Source: Lama guanicoe (lineage: Eukaryota). From it: a stretch of 64,000 bases of DNA. The stretch spans positions 6,048,122-6,112,121 of the forward strand of contig MU053810.1 of the NCBI GenBank assembly GCA_013239625.1, given 5' to 3'. Under the pieces are notes generated by a model that saw only the letters and a list, made by a program, of their open reading frames with translations, ran no database searches and was not told the DNA's origin. A program made the position numbers and the translations under genes. Below are positions 25,469-40,895 of this stretch, one piece after another; the first letter of the stretch is position 1, and each line of letters starts with the position of its first letter.

Positions 25469-27567
25469 TCTGAAGAAACTTAGGCACTATATTTAGGGAT
25501 GTTCATAGTAGTGGTAATAATACTAGCAAAAATCTGGATGCAACCCAGGATGCAACAGTAGAATGGATAAATAATTATAGCATGGTCACATGCAAAGAAA
25601 GCAATAAAAATGATACATTGATATATTTATCAACATGGATGAATCTTAAAAAATATCAAAGGAAAACAGCAATCCAACAGAATACATAATCATTCTATTA
25701 TGAAAATTTATAAATTTACAAAATCTTTATGTATTGTTTGAGGTTATAATTATCTGTGATTTAAAAAAAAAACTATATGTAGTGAAGAAAGGGAACATTT
25801 AACACATATCTTTTAGAGTTTAGGATCCAGAAGGGGCAAATAGGAAGCTTCAGGGATACTGGTAATATTCTATTTCTTGGAGCTGGATATTTATCTAATT
25901 TTTCCTTTAATTTATATTTATATATATATAATATTTATGAAAAAATACATATAACCATTATAAATATAGACTATATTAGTATATATAACTGTATATATTA
26001 TATGTATTATTTATATGCCATATATAATTATGTATCAATCACATACCCTTTGGTATTATGATTTATTTCATAATAAGATATTAAGTTCTAAAACAGGCAT
26101 AGTTTAGAACTACTGTAAATAGTTTGGTTTTGGTTTTAAATCACCAATAAAAATAACTTGGATTTTATACACTTTTTATACAAGTCAAAGAAATACAAAA
26201 ATCATTTTACTGAGATTTCTGTTAAAAATGGTTAAAGGGTCACTTCTTAGCTCTTTGGAAATCTTAGTTATTCAAAATTACTCATTCATGAAGGAATTTG
26301 AATAGAGTATTTAAAAGTATGTTTCTGTTTAGAAAATGAGCATGTGGATGATTTAAATAGTGACTGCCTATGCTTGGGAGCTCCAAAATGTTAAATATTA
26401 GCACTTCTTTTAATGAACAACCTCTGCTGTATGATTTTTTCTAATAACTTGCATGACTTCCAGGAGAAGTTAAGTTAGACAACTGAATGAAAGGAAACTA
26501 GGATGCTGTTTTTTAATGTGCTGTCATGGTTAGATGTTTAGGAGGACAATGTGAATCTTGAGTTACCTTTGGAAGGTACAGTTAACTTGAGAGGCTTTGA
26601 ACTTTTTATTAACCTTTTAAATTTTAAACTTTTGAAATGTTGGTAAAGATGACATTGAATAAAATTTTAAGTATTATTAATACTTTAGATAGTTTAGATA
26701 TGCATGATAATTTTTAAAAAGATTGCTTTGGGTGTGGTATGGAAAAAAAGCCCTCCAAGTATGGATAAGGACAATGGATTTTCTACACAAAGCTGCCTAA
26801 AATGTCCATGTTTTACAGAGTCTAAATTTTTTTTCTCTGTTTTATCAGTTACAGAAAGATAAGTGATATGGAAAAATGTGTTATTTTGAAAAATTTTGAG
26901 ATAAATAGCAAATCTGACATTATATAATATGTAAATGCTTTGAAACTCGAAATTATACTTCTCTTGAAAATGATTTTAATATGTATTGATACTAACTGCT
27001 ATCACATTAAATGTTCAAATAAATACAGTAGTACATGTGAAAAATATACTTAACTATTTAAATCTTATAATTTAAGCCAGGTTTGGCTGGATAGATTCTT
27101 ATACTGTGCTTCTGAAGATTTGGCAATAGAAAGGAAGAAGTTTGTAAACCAGATTAATACATTCATATCTGATAACTAAATGCTTTCCACCTCAGGCTTA
27201 TCTTTTGGTACTTTCTTTGCTGGGGAGACACAGTTAACATATAAAAGCTGTGTGTTCTAAAATGATACAGAAAAAAATTTATACACAGTGTTAGCAAAAT
27301 ACCACTTGGGATTATGGTAAATTAAAAGGCTTAAAAATGTTACTTACTTTTGCAGCTTTCCACACAGTATCTGTTTTTCCTTCTTTTTTGTAACTTCAGA
27401 AATAGAGCTATCTATGTTTTATCTTTATCTTTACTTTTCTCTTTATTTCGTGCTGTGGGCTTTAAAAAAAGTCGTAAATATTTCTTACCGAGAGCCCTCC
27501 TTCTCTTTGTCCTGCCATCGGAGGTGACGTGCAATGCTCAAGTTCTCTGTCGGTTGCCTTTGACTAA

Positions 27568-27834
<267 letters not shown>

Positions 27835-30818
27835 TGATAGACAACAATTGAAACCATGCTATTTCATACTCATTTTTGTTTTATAAGAAGTTAGACCTTG
27901 AATGGTACCATTTTAAGAATAATTGCTTTTATCACTTTCAAAAGACTTCCTGAGTATACTTGTATACTAAAATTTAACTGATGAAATTTTTATTACTGTA
28001 AATAGAGCTCGAGAAGAAAACACTGAAATTAATTAAGCTGAATTTATTTTTATTGGCATGTTTAATAGAATTCAATAATAGTAAAGTTAAAAAACATTGG
28101 GACAATTTTTCTTTACAATTATAGAACAAAATTGCTGGCTATCACTTTTAAGCTTGTTAACCTATACTGAAATGAGTTCAAAACCATCAAGAAACATTTG
28201 TGATGCTTGCTTATTCTGTCTCTAATAATTATAACAGTGGGGAGGACTTTTTTTGATTTCTTTCTGTTCACCTCAAATTGCACATCTCAACACTAACTGC
28301 AATCAATGTTTAAAGGCTGATAAGATTAGAAAATAGCTTTGGCATGTAATGTCAGAAAGTTCAAATTGCTCAGGGTAGTCACTAATTTCACTTTCCATAT
28401 CCAGATGCTCACGCCAACAAGGAGAAATCTGAAATGAGCCGATTGTTCAGTATCTGTTACTGGCTTGAAGTGGTGATCACGGGGCATAGTCTGAAACTCA
28501 CTTTCCCACGTGGCTTTTTGTAGCTGGCTGCTTTCTAGAGCTGTGTGCTGTGTTGTATTATTTTACCTAAAAAACACTGAATACCCCACATTTACATAGA
28601 AAGTTGGTTTTAAGTTCCTTTTATTTATGATGTATGTTCTGAACAAGTATTTTAAAGTAGAGCTGGGGGCAAGTTCTCTTATTTATTTTTTGGTTACATT
28701 TTACAGTGAAAGATTAATTGTGTCATAAGCAAAAAACTGCTAAGAATTGAAAACCATTTTAGCAGAAATGTCACAAATCACAGATAATCCCCAAATTTAT
28801 ACAGTCCTTTTTCCAGACTAAAATTTTCATCTAAGCTACTAAGAAACTTTTCCAGTTAGAATTTTACCTCGCATTTCCCCTGGTCTCCTTTTGGGAATGA
28901 AAAGTAGCTGGCGGCCGAATATTCCACAGATAATCTGATTATTAGGCTCACTAGTTTCATGAACTATATATTGTTTTCATTTTATACTGCATTTTTAGGT
29001 CCCATCTTTACTTCATGTTCATTATGTTTCTTTCCATCACTTAGACATTCAGTTTGCTCCACAACAAGGCTTTTTGGTGATTCTGCACCTGACACATGTC
29101 TGTGTAGTAGTGTTTAAACAGTCCTTGGTGGGTCACTTATCCTCACACGACATTTTCATCACTGAATGTCTGTATTTTTTTGGATATTGTGAAGCAAATT
29201 TGGCCTCAACTTTTAAATAAATTATTATGTGTTGTCAAATTAATTATCCTTCAACCTGAGTTACTGTCGGTGTTGTAGTAGTAGTAGTAAGTGTTCTTAG
29301 TGTTGTGATGTGCATATATCCCTCTGTCTGAATGTGGTGATAACGATTAGTATTGTCACAGCATTGCCTTTCTTTTTGTTTATGTACTAACCAGCATGGC
29401 TAGTTACTAAGGGTTGTTTCTAAAATAAATTTTTTAAGTTTGTGGGGTTTTTTTTTTCTTTTTAAGTTACAAAGCTGTAATGTTTTATTTATTAAAAGTG
29501 TCATATATATGTGTATATATATGTGCATATATATATATACACACACACACACTTGTTTGAGTATATACATCCTTGTATATACTTCTGTATATAGAGTATC
29601 AGAATGAACCAGGACCAGTTTCATAGTGAACTGAATGTTATTTTTAGTCATACATGAATATTAATGCACATATATTGCTTTAAGTTGTTGCTTATTTGAA
29701 TACTGAACCTCTTTTCAAATTTTTATGCTTAACCAAACAATTTGTAGATTGGCTTAATTGAAGCAATCTTTCAATTAAATGATTCTTGGGAATCAGTAAA
29801 TTGTTTTTCCCTGGTAACTTAATGTCACTTCTTGGTGACTACCAGTAAACTGAATTTCGTGGTTCAGTCGTGTTGACTTTTTCTGAGCAATCTTTGGCCA
29901 TTACTGTCTTGTTATAATAAGACAGGGTGGTAAACGTAATAATTGACTTCTAGATAGTTAGAATTTTTAATACATTTTCTGCCCACATGAGCAGTTGGTG
30001 TCAATTTCCTATAAATTATGTGTTCTCCAGAAAGAAGTTGGAGTGTTTCCAGCTACCCAGTGATCTTTAGAAGTTACTTTAATGCAAATAATTGCATATT
30101 TTAACTTATTGTTAGATCAGGGTTTTTATTTTTCAGAATAGTGATGAAAAGGAAGAAGTCACTTTTGAAATATCCCATGAAATTCAGTGAATAATTAACT
30201 TGGTAAATGGGGCACTCTTATTCCCTAGTAGATTTAAGAGTGATGCCTTTAAAAATAAAACTGTCAACTTAAAAAAGAAAAATAACTTTGTTTTACAAAC
30301 AAGAATTTTTCCTAGAGAGCTGTGTGTAGATTTAGATACATAATAAGAACTGTTTTTAAAGGAACCCTGTAATTAATGCATTTATTTATACATGGAATAA
30401 ACAGCTATTCCATAACATTTGTTTATTTGAGTTCTAATTTACAACATTACCCTAAAGCTAGGCGTACCTGTTAAGTTAGATGAGATGAAGACACAATATT
30501 CTGGAAACCTTTATTGGTATTTCATTGTTACCCGTTTTTAAAAAATCTTTCCTTAGAATTCAAAAATTTCATTGTATGAAAGTGAAGGTGATGGTACATT
30601 TAAATCTTCCCCCAAACAATATGGCATTAGGATTAAAAGAAATGTATTTGTTTTTTAAAAAAATTAGTCTATTGGCTAAGAACAACTCAGCTTTAGGTTT
30701 GCTCGTGGGAAGTGAACTTGGAGAAGGTTCTGCAGGTTTTTGTTTTGTTTTTTGTTTTGTTTTGTTTCATTTGCAAACTGTTCTTTGCATACTTATGTTT
30801 GTGGTCCTTTGTAACTGA

Positions 30819-31156
<338 letters not shown>

Positions 31157-34100
31157 ATTACTGACCCATATAAATTTCAAAACTGCAACTTTCTTACATA
31201 TTTACATGCTCTAAAACATGAACTCTGATCTTTGGATTCTTAAGGAAAGCCCAGTCAAACCCCATAATTCAAATTGTGTGGAATCTACTAGCTTTCAATA
31301 GTTATTAGGGAAATTCATTTTCTTTTGCCAGCAAATTCATCCAGGTGTATAGTTACACTGTAAGATTAAATTTATTATGTGGTTGGGATGGGTTGTTTTG
31401 TTTTGTTTTTTGTTTTTCTGTTTTTCTCCTTTAGTTAAAAAAATTTTTGAAGAAAGCTTTGTAGCCTCAGATTTTTATCCATAAGTAATTTTGAACCTGT
31501 AGAAAGATTTTTTGTTAGGATAAGAATGAATCTGCAGGAATAAGTAAATTCAATCCAGGCTGTCCACGTGAGAGTAATAATCAGTGTAGAGCCTTCTTCA
31601 TGTTTTGGCTACGTGCGGACCTATGAGGATTATTTCTGAACTCGCAAATCTGGCAACTTTTTAGGTCTTCTCTGAAGGAAGATCAGGTATCGTGATTTTT
31701 GGAAAGTCTTTTGAATACAAGGATTTAATTAGGCTAGAGTAGTTTTTCTATTACTACCTGATTACTTTGAAGTTCTGGGAGACATATAGTCCTAACTACA
31801 GAATCATAGTGAATGTTCCTTGGCAAAATGAAAACCGCCCTGTTACTGAATTGTATTATGCCGAAATAGCTGTTGAGGTTGAGAAGGGAAGGTGGTCTGG
31901 TACTAATGTACCTCATTTGGGATCATCACCGTGCAGACACACCTCAGAATGGTTTGAACAGATGGATAGCTCACTTGACCAGCCCATCTCCCGGGAGAAA
32001 ACATTGTGGCACATCCCATCGTGCAGCTCTTGCTGTCTTTGTTGGGTTCCTCCCCACGTGTCCTCCCTTCCTCTAGTCAAGTATCTGTTCATTCAGTACT
32101 GCGTCCTGGGCTTTGGGAGGAATATACACGTAGGCTAAGACAGAATTCCTACCTCTCAGAAATGTGTGATTTAATGGGCTTTTTATAAAACATTTAGTTT
32201 CAGAATGTTGAAGTTTTTCAGCGTAAACCAACTTCATTGCTGACATTTGTTTTAGAAACACTAACGTGTTTAAACATGTGAATTAAGGTAAATTGTTGGT
32301 CCCTAATGGTCTAAGAGCTTAAAAATTTAGTCTGCAAAAATTTAAAAACTAAGCCAGTTCAACCTTCGATCTGCCTTACAGCCAAGATTGTTTTTAAAAT
32401 TTTTTCTTTTACAGCCAAGAATTTTTAGGAAATATTTTTGAATAGCCGTAATAAACATCCATTTGGTGTGCCCAAAGCTCATTGATTAGCTTTTTGGTAA
32501 CTCCTTTTTAAATAGAAATTCAGTGTTAGTGTACATTATTCTAGGCATGTGTGGTCTTTGCTAAAGAGGCCCATGGTACTATTTTAGCACATGTTTCATA
32601 TGTTCTTTCCCCCAGACATGAACTTGAGTCAGTTTTCCTCCGTGTGCTCCAGAATGCCCAGCTTTGGCATCTGTTTTCTTTGAAAGCATGTTAGGAAGAT
32701 TTTTGATAAACTGTGTTATCGGTTTCTTAAATGTTTTATGAATTACAAATTTTCTGTGTTCTCTTAAACATTCACTGTCTTCTGGCACTCAAATTGGTGA
32801 TAATGCATGTAGCTATTAACCCTATTAATAAATGTGTTTCAGTTTAAGACATGAGCCTCTAAAAAAACAGTATGTTTACATCTGTTTATGATTAACATCA
32901 GAAGAGCGTTTTTGAACTAATTATGCATGGTGCTAGACAGAGTATTATGCACGGAGAAGTACATTGACCAGACTTGCCCCTGTGTGTATAATTTGAAGAC
33001 AAGCCAATGTAGATTACCAGTAGCTAGACATAAAGACAATTGAGTGAAAACACTATAAACTAGTAAGTTATGTATAAATCAAGAGTAAACGTGTACTTTA
33101 GGAATTCAGGTAAACGTGTATAATCTATATATTAAGCCATGAAGGATATGAGCTGTGGCTTTTTGATGTCAGAGTGGATTCATACCCATTTTCTTCTCTC
33201 AGTAACACTAGGAAGCTTCATGGAGGAAGAGATGGGCAAAAATAAAATGGGTCCAAGCATTTGATGGAAGAAGAAATTGTACACCAGTTTGAGACCTATC
33301 AGAATGAGCATCAGCACAAAGGATTTTTTTCTCCTACTAGACTTTTTCATCCCTCAACAGGATAAAATAGAAATCACAGAATTAAAGTGGTTCTCAAGTA
33401 GAGCTGTTAATCTGCATATGTTTTAAACCTAGATTCCTTGATTATATTCTCAGTACATTATTCGAAATAGGGTGTAGAAAACGTTAAAACTTACATTACA
33501 AATAGATTATGACCATTTTCTTTATTCACGTAAATAGCCCCAGGAACTGGCATGAGTCAGTGTGTTGGAGTTCTGATTTCTCCCCTACAGATACTATATA
33601 ATTTCTGTATCAGTTTGTATCAAAGCATTTTCATATGTCTTTAACTTTTAAAGAAATTTGTGGATCAGAAATGTAAGTTAAGAGTTAGTTGTGTTCCAGC
33701 TTTGAATTCCTTAACACTGGGAGCTTTTGTGACCTGGTGTCATAATAGTTCACTGAGCACTGTTCTAGCCTGGCATTTTCCCATTTCACTGTTTACACCT
33801 TGGATTACTTAAATCACACACATGCACATACCACAACCATCTAGAATTTGAGGTATGAGTTGTTTTTATTGTTTTGCATGATATAAGTTCCTTTCTGGTT
33901 GTTTTCTTTTTTTTATTACATCTTCCTACAGTACTTTATTTTTAAAATCTTTGTTGTGGATGTATTCTTAGAAGATTGGATCTTTAAGGATCTACTTGCT
34001 CCCTCAGCCATTCTTAGTTTCACCAGCAATAATGTAAAAATCTTAGCTTGCTTTCTATGTTTAACAAGTTGATTATGAATACAAACATTTTAAAAAATAA

Positions 34101-34748
34101 TGAAATTTTCTACTAGCTTGGAATTACTTAATTTTTAATTTCATTTTCTCTTGTTAAAATTTAAATAAAAGAATAGAAAATGTACACATAGAAGCAGACC
34201 TAATACCACCAGCTCTTTTTTTTTCCTCCAATAAAACAAACAGAAATAAATACATATCAACCCACTGGAGACGTATTTCTGTGGAACTAAAGATAACTAA
34301 AAGCCAAAATCAGGAACATGATTGTGCACAGTAAATGGATATCAGACCACTAAAGTAACATTATTCATAGTGTTTACTGTAGTCCAAGTGACGAATGTGC
34401 CAAAAGGCAGGCTAACTAGAGTGACATTTGTTCTGACCTGACCCTTGGAGTGAGGGAACTTCCTTACTCCTATAATCCTTATAAAAAGAGACATTGTTTC
34501 CTAACCTCTTGCATTCATTAATTTGTAGCACTTCCTAATAGCCTTATTTTTTAGCTTATTTTATTACTGCAAAAGTATTCTTAAGAATAGTAGAAGCTTT
34601 AACACACCGAGCTTTTATTTCTAATCATTGCATGTTTTATTATAGTGCATGCCATATATGATGAATTAGAGCTTTCTTAAACTCTGTTAACTGGTGAATT
34701 TCCACGGAGTGTAATTTCTGATTTAAATTAATTATCTGAACTCTTTAG

Positions 34749-34934
34749 TTGCTGATAGTCCAACTCCACCACCACCACCTCCACCAGATGACATCCCCAT
34801 GTTTGATGACTCTCCCCCTCCACCGCCGCCGCCTCCAGTGGATTATGAAGATGAGGAGGCTGCTGTGGTCCAGTATAACGACCCATATGCAGACGGGGAT
34901 CCTGCTTGGGCCCCTAAGAATTATATTGAGAAAG
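34749..34934 (+). CDS. ABI1: ABI1 exon 11 (186 nt), [62 protein letters not shown]
   Basis: tag|TTGCTG and AAG|gtaagg; polyproline region; phase 1-1. Confidence 0.97.
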
Positions 34935-36099
34935 GTAAGGCACTGTCATCCCTGAATTGCTGTAAAGGGAAGGAACTAAGTATAGTGTGTAAGAGCCATA
35001 AAGAACAGCTAGCCCAGTGCTTCTCCGCCTTTTGAATAAGCTTATCAGCCACAGTGATTTTAGCTAAACTTTATTTCCTGTACATTCCCAATATAAAGGG
35101 AGAATTCTTTCTTAATTTTTTTTTTCCAATTAAAAAAATAATGTTAGATGTCCTTTTTCAAATGACATATGCTTCCAGCTGGAGATGAATTTGCCTGTCC
35201 TGCATTTTATAGATGAAACAACTAAGGCACAAAGACGGAGTTCAATGATTTTCTTCGTTCATCTAATTAGATTTATATGAACTTTATGTATATATATGAT
35301 ATTTAAAAGAGTTTCTAAGCTTTTATAATAAAAATAGAACACTTTCACATCTACATACTGGAAAAGATATTGGTACTCTCCATAAGAAAAAGCCTCAATT
35401 AAGGTTTGCAATTAGTTAATCTTGTAAAAAAAGACAGTTGCTAGAATTTCGTCTCATGAAATTACGTGTAACTCATGTCCAGATTTACCTACATTACTTG
35501 AAATTCACCGTAATAATTAAGAAATAGTGGGTAGAAAAGAAACAAATCCTATTTTTTAAGAGGGTTTGTTTTTCATCAACTCTGTGCTATTTTAAAATCT
35601 GTATTTGTAGTTTTGAAAAATGCTTGTAATTTAGTTGATCACATTTAATTGCCTTTAAATGTATTCCCTTCTATTGGCTTCACTGGATTAACTGACTTGA
35701 AGCAAATAATTCTAGCCTTGAAACCTGAGGCACTCCTACCTGCCCAAGGTTTGAATACGTGGTTGAAAGTCAATGTGCTGTTTTTTAATATTTTTTAACA
35801 GTCAATATTCTACATATTATTTAGGAAATCTTGAATATTCTAAACATACTCCACATGTTTAGATTCTCATGTACCTTGGGATAGAGATATGTTGTGGTTA
35901 TTTTGAGGGTGATACACTTGAGTAGTCTTGAATTGTGTTTTTACCCTTACTTTCTGGCTTGGAAAACAAATTTAAGTAACTATGAAAATGGGACAGTTAT
36001 ATTTATATAACTTAACAAATCTGGAATGATACAAAGGTTAATATACTTGGTAACAGAGCAGGATTTAAAAATCTCTTCACAAATTGAAATAATGAGTCT

Positions 36100-36425
36100 T
36101 AAACCAGGAATCATCACACATTTTTTGTAAAAGACCAGATAATATTTTAAATTGTTTTTAAAGTTAGAAATTGAGGTATAATGAGATAACATATTAGTTT
36201 CAGGTGTACAGCATAATAATTTGATTTTGTGTATACTGCAAAAGGAAATGCTTTAAACTTTGCCGACCATACATTCTTGTCACAGCTACTCAGCTCCACT
36301 GCTGTAGCACAAACGCAAGCATAGACAATACACAAGGGAGTGGATGTGGCTGTGAACCCATAAAATTTTATCGACAAAAAGGCATTGGCTTGGTTTTGGC
36401 CTTGGATCATTGTTTGCCGACTCCT
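36100..36425. mobile_element. MER58A-like element interrupted by a short L1 3' fragment (about 36145-36245)
   Basis: tgtaaaagaccagataatattt...actcagctccactgctgtagcac...tttgccgactcct. Confidence 0.6.
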
Positions 36426-38482
36426 AGTCTAAATCAGAAAGTTGATACTTGGTAGGATTATATTTGAAGCCTTCAGTGGTCACCTTTATAAATTACAAGA
36501 TGATTAAAACCTGGTTTAATACTTGGATTTCAGTTGAATATATTAAACAGTATGACATGGCTGCTCCAAAAGCCAGATTCTTAGGGTCTGTCAGCTGAAC
36601 TTTAACCTGATGTGTACAAATCTGATCATATTCATTTCTATTAGAGTACCACATTTTAAGATCTTGCAAACAAAAATGTCTTCAGAGGAGAATATTTAGA
36701 AAGCTGAAATATCTAGAAAGTGCATCTATAAAGAGAAACAGTTGAAAGCGTTGTTTCTAAGCTGAGGAAAAGAAGATTTCAGAGGGGCTAGATAGTTGTT
36801 TTCAAATTTGTATCATGTAGATACACAGATTAGAATATTAGGTTTCTGGTTCCAAAGAGCCCTCCAGCACATACAGAAAGGAGCGTTTAGATCTTTCTAT
36901 GGATTAAGATTCTGGAGAGTAGGATGGACACTGAATTGTTAATGGTTAAATACTCAGTAGTGAGAGTTGTGATGAGAATATATGCATTGGGAGAGGGGAG
37001 GTTAGGTGTGACTAGATTTCATTACACAGGGGACTTGGAAAACAGCAACATAATTCATTGGGCTCATTTTTTTTTTATCAGCTCTTTGTGTAAGTGGAAC
37101 TAAGAACTTGAGGAAATAAAATTTTCATTCTGCTGAATGATTTAAGGATATCATTTGTCATGACCAGTTTAAGTCATCTATACCACTCAAGATGTGATTC
37201 CTAATACACAAGACAATTACCAAAGTTAAAGAATGATTATTAATATTTGGCAAATCAATAGTTAATTGAACTTTTTATTATTACACAATTTTTTCTTTTA
37301 ACTAAGGGTTTATCTCTAGCAATCACTCAGTTTTCTTGGGTGGTTATTTGGCCCAAAATACCAGGATAATAAGTTAATATTATTTATCCTTTATGTTTTG
37401 GGGTTTTTGAAACTGGATATATTAATTAGCTTGTAATCACAATACTATGATTCTGCTGCAGGATTAAAATGGAGGGGAATGGACTTGTTGAGTTTACTTA
37501 ATGTACTATTTTGTGAGGGGGAAAAGATTGCCTATTTTAATTTAGCAAATGATGCTGTGCAGAAGTACCTCAGGTCTCTTCCTTATTATAATTCACTGAT
37601 TCAGAATAATTCTAGGGAGAAGCCGTCTTTCTTAAGGGAAAGATGAGTTCCAGAATATCTTAAATGTCTTAAAAACTCTATTTTAAGAAAAAGACTATAT
37701 GAGGTAAAGTAATAAAAAAATTATATTGCATACCACTTCACATATACTGGAAAATTACATATAATTTCAGAATTATTGTTATAAAGGCAGAGGGAAGGAA
37801 TAATTAAATTCATAAACCAATAGTTTGGAAGGCTAGTAATTTTTTGATGCCTTTCTACGACTGTTGGCAAAGGAGGTGGATATTTTGAACTCAAAATAAT
37901 CACAGATACCATGGAATTGCAAAACCGTTCTCTAAATCTTAGTGAGTCTTCACTCTCTTACTTCCCCTTTTAAAAAAAATTTCTGTTGACCTTTACAGTG
38001 TATTTTAAAAAAAAGTCTGGGTAAAGCCCATAAGTTACATGAGTATTTTCCTGGGATGAGTACGATGAGATTGGCCTCTCAGTGTAGGGTGTATTTTGAA
38101 ATTAGGGAACTTGAGTTGTTACCTGATTGGCTGTGCAGCTTCGCTCACTAGTTATTTTGAAAAGTGGTGCTTTTGCAAGTGGTTGGCACTTAGTAGATAT
38201 CTGAACAAATGAACGGCAACATCTAATAAATCCTAAAACTCAGCTATCTTTCCTAAATAGATTGGGAGAGACTATTGACTTCTGTAGTCTAGCTGAATTG
38301 TCACTTTGGCCCGAAGATCAAGCCAGTGATGTAAGCATGTGGTGGCCACTTGACCTACCTGAATGTATAGACATAAGGAAATAAAAGAATATTCATAGAC
38401 AGTTGGTTTTGCTGTACTGTTAATTGGCCTATTTTAGAATTCAATGGAATGTTGGCTGTAGCGCACCCACGTTATATTTTGA

Positions 38483-38671
<189 letters not shown>

Positions 38672-39406
38672 GTGCTTGCTTCTGAAGTAGGTTCTTCTCA
38701 TCACTCAGTCATACTGTGGGACCATTATGGTTAACAGAATCGTCTTAAAATGTTTTAAAATGTGCCCATATTTTCAGGACATGCTGTTTTATTGGTATAA
38801 TTGAATGTCTACCTGTAAGCATAAATCTTGGAGGCAGTTTGGGTATTGCTAAACAGCAATTCACACAGGAGGCTGTCTTTAACTGATTATGCTTATATAC
38901 TTACTTACACATTGTTAACTTTATGACCAGCCTAAATATTCTGGGGGTGTGGGGTATACTATTTAACAAATCATGATTCAGATCGTGCCATTACATGTCT
39001 CAGTGCAGCATGGTTACTAACGCTCTGTCAGACTAATAGTAAAATCAGAAACCTTAAATGCTGGTGCTGGTCATAGTTTTTGTTTAGACTCTCATTCTTG
39101 AAATATACTGTTTGTTTAAAGCATGCATACAAATTTATGTATTGAAATATACTTAAAAAAAAATCCAAGATGCTTCCAGTTTGTGTAATATTTACTTGGA
39201 GTACTCGTACTTAGGTCTCTTGAAACGAATTGAGTCTCTAAGGTCTCCATGTGAAACAAAACAAAAAAAGATTTATCTGTAATGTTGTAATTTGTACCTA
39301 AGTTTTTTAATGAGTGAATTTGCATTATAAATTTTTTCATTCATAAATACATAAGTGAACCAAAGGTTTTTGTCCTTTCCTTCACTGGTTTGCTTTAAAA
39401 AATACT

Positions 39407-39416
39407 AATAAATAAA
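39407..39416 (+). terminator. Candidate proximal ABI1 poly(A) signal (two overlapping AATAAA)
   Basis: AATAAATAAA at 39407-39416. Confidence 0.45.
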
Positions 39417-40330
39417 AGATACTGATTTATTGCAGAATTATGGTTCTATTTTCTCAATATATTAACTTGGAAAAAAGTTTTAGCCTTACCTCAACCTGTC
39501 CCAAAAGCAGTGGCTGATTTTTACAGATTTAAAATCTGAGATGGTTATTTACAAGTCAATCTACTGAATTCCTTTTCTTAAGTCACTTTTTCAAAGCTAA
39601 GAAAATGTGTCCAAGTGCACATTCTGTAGGTAGAATTCTTGATTGCTCTATCAGTCCTTCAGTTTTCCAGGGGACTGTTGTATACTGGTTCAATGAAAGG
39701 AAATTACACTTCTCTCTTACCTATTTCTTTTTTCTAGAAGTGGATGCAACTGGTTTTTGACTAGGTACTATTTAAACTCGTTACCTGATACTAGTAACAT
39801 AAAAATATTCTAAAAATAAAATAATTGGGGCAAAAAGGTGGGCCATGTATTAATCATTGAACAGGGAGGGAGATACACCTGACCAACAGATTTGTATTGG
39901 TATAATTGAAATGCAACACATGCACTTTGTGTGTCTCCTTTAATTTAAGGGTTAGAGGGATGTTTTCTCATCGTGTGTGTAACTCTCCATTGCCTGGGAT
40001 GTTAAAGTAGAATACTCCCGTGTGGGTTTCTGTGTATTGAGATTTGTTTGGATTTCAGATTACAGTTATGTACTGGGCGTTACAGACTTACAACAGCATA
40101 GTGAATGGTAAGACTAGTGCAAAACGTTTATTTCTGAAAATTAAAAGACCATTATGGCTACCAAATCAGTGTGACTGTTGCATATGCATTTTGCCTTTGT
40201 TAATTCTAAACATGATTTCAGTACCACTAGTGATCAGCTAGCTACCTGCTTCATTTCATTTTTTTTGAGTGGATTGTTCTCTTAATTTTGTATATAACCT
40301 GTTGGCTAAATTTTATGTACAGTCTTTTAT

Positions 40331-40336
40331 AATAAA
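40331..40336 (+). terminator. Candidate distal ABI1 poly(A) signal
   Basis: AATAAA preceded by TGTA elements and followed by T/GT-rich sequence. Confidence 0.6.
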
Positions 40337-40463
40337 CCATCCTCCTACGAAATTTTGGATACTGTTAAAAATCTAATGTGGATTGAAATGTAGACGTCAC
40401 AATTTGATGATCTTTACTTCTACGGTGAAACAAGATAAACCATTTGAATTTTAACATTGATTA

Positions 40464-40469
40464 TTTATT
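40464..40469 (-). terminator. PDSS1 poly(A) signal
   Basis: TTTATT on + (AATAAA on -), about 290 nt downstream of the PDSS1 stop. Confidence 0.7.
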
Positions 40470-40754
40470 TGTGTAATGGCTTTCCATGTGGATATTAACC
40501 ATGTAAACAATACCACATATAACCGTCAACATACCTCGATTAGAGTTTACAGGACTAGAATGACCTTCAGATGATTTAAGTACATTTAAAAAGGTTTCTG
40601 AAAAACTTTGCCAATAAAAAAAAATCCCATTAATAAGGTGGAAATGATTTTTTAAAATGATTTTTGGTTCTCTGCACATGAAGCAAAATATATTCCACAA
40701 AATTCTGTAGGCACAGTCTGGTAAAATAGCTGCCAGAAATAACAGAAAGAGTTG

Positions 40755-40895
40755 TCATTTATCTCTTGTGAGCACAATTTCCGAAAGCTGGATGAGGGCC
40801 TCTCTCTCTGGGGATGGTCGAAGCTTGCTGATCTCACGTACTGCTTCATGGCTGTACCGCTGGGCGAGGTAGGTTGTCTGCTGCACACCGTCACT
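40755..40895 (-). CDS. PDSS1: PDSS1 last exon (12; 141 nt), SDGVQQTTYLAQRYSHEAVREISKLRPSPEREALIQLSEIVLTRDK*
   Basis: Minus-strand tccag|AGTGAC acceptor, TGA at 40757-40755; matches the PDSS1 C-terminus. Confidence 0.96.
   Translation of the reverse strand, partial: SDGVQQTTYLAQRYSHEAVREISKLRPSPEREALIQLSEIVLTRDK

Larger units (their letters stand above)
38672..40355 (+). other. ABI1: ABI1 3' UTR (3' end approximate; may extend to about 40635)
   Basis: AT-rich, repeat-free sequence after the stop with several AATAAA and TGTA motifs. Confidence 0.7.
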
